Source: Gemmatimonadota bacterium | GTDB lineage: Bacteria > Gemmatimonadota > Gemmatimonadetes > Palauibacterales > Palauibacteraceae | Direction: 5' to 3' | Assembly: GCA_965116475.1 (NCBI GenBank) | Contig: OZ220691.1 | Span: 96,001 to 160,000, forward strand | Length of the DNA: 64,000 bases | In this document: piece by piece, positions 63,861 through 64,000 of the stretch | How positions within the stretch are numbered: position 1 is the first letter of the stretch | How the letters are laid out: each line of letters begins with the position of its first letter | Translations under genes and position numbers: made by a program | Notes under the pieces: generated by a model | What the model saw: the letters and a program-made list of their open reading frames with translations, nothing else | Database searches by the model: none | Told to the model about the DNA's origin: nothing

Positions 63861-64000
63861 CCGGTCCCCACGCCGGGACCCTCCCCGTCGGCGAGGACGC
63901 TACGGTAGAGCGACTCGTAACGGGGGACGATGCGGTCGATCGTGAAGCGCTCAAGGGCTCGCTCCCGCGACGCGCGCGAGAACGCGTCCCAGCGCGCCTC
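63857..64000 (-). CDS. C-terminal fragment of a GT4 glycosyltransferase (BshA-like), runs off the window edge
   Basis: My translation is EARWDAFSRASRERALERFTIDRIVPRYESLYRSVLA...*, a typical GT4 C-terminal helix. GTGA overlap with uppP. Confidence 0.6.
   Translation of the reverse strand, partial: EARWDAFSRASRERALERFTIDRIVPRYESLYRSVLADGEGPGVGTG

Overview
High-GC bacterial chromosome segment, almost entirely minus-strand. Gene style and order suggest Gemmatimonadota (inference only, no database search). Most of it is housekeeping: pepA, citrate synthase, ETF-QO, recN-nadK-ispA-xseBA-folD-rny, a 6S RNA candidate, zapA, pheTS, rplT-rpmI-infC with an L20-type leader, thrS, groEL/ES with a perfect CIRCE, coaX, birA, uppP and two tRNAs (Leu-CAA, Cys-GCA). 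It also carries many exported hydrolases and a four-gene RND pump with two permeases. The stand-out feature is a ~6 kb lower-GC island (~26470-32600) bounded by an imperfect 18-bp direct repeat. It holds a tightly coupled three-gene operon: a C5 DNA cytosine methyltransferase, a MORC/GHKL ATPase fused to a complete histidine kinase, and a receiver protein with an unexplained C-terminal domain. No restriction nuclease or Vsr is visible, so this is a candidate phosphorelay-controlled defence system. Also notable: a tandem trio of paralogous lipoprotein Zn-metallopeptidases (one frameshifted) that all end in RTR; an ETF-QO lacking one Fe-S cysteine; a dispersed CTAG-ended palindromic repeat; recurrent 11-14 bp tandem micro-duplications in intergenic spacers; and several probable leaderless genes. 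All calls come from reading motifs by eye. Start codons were often trimmed from the ORF track and are best estimates.
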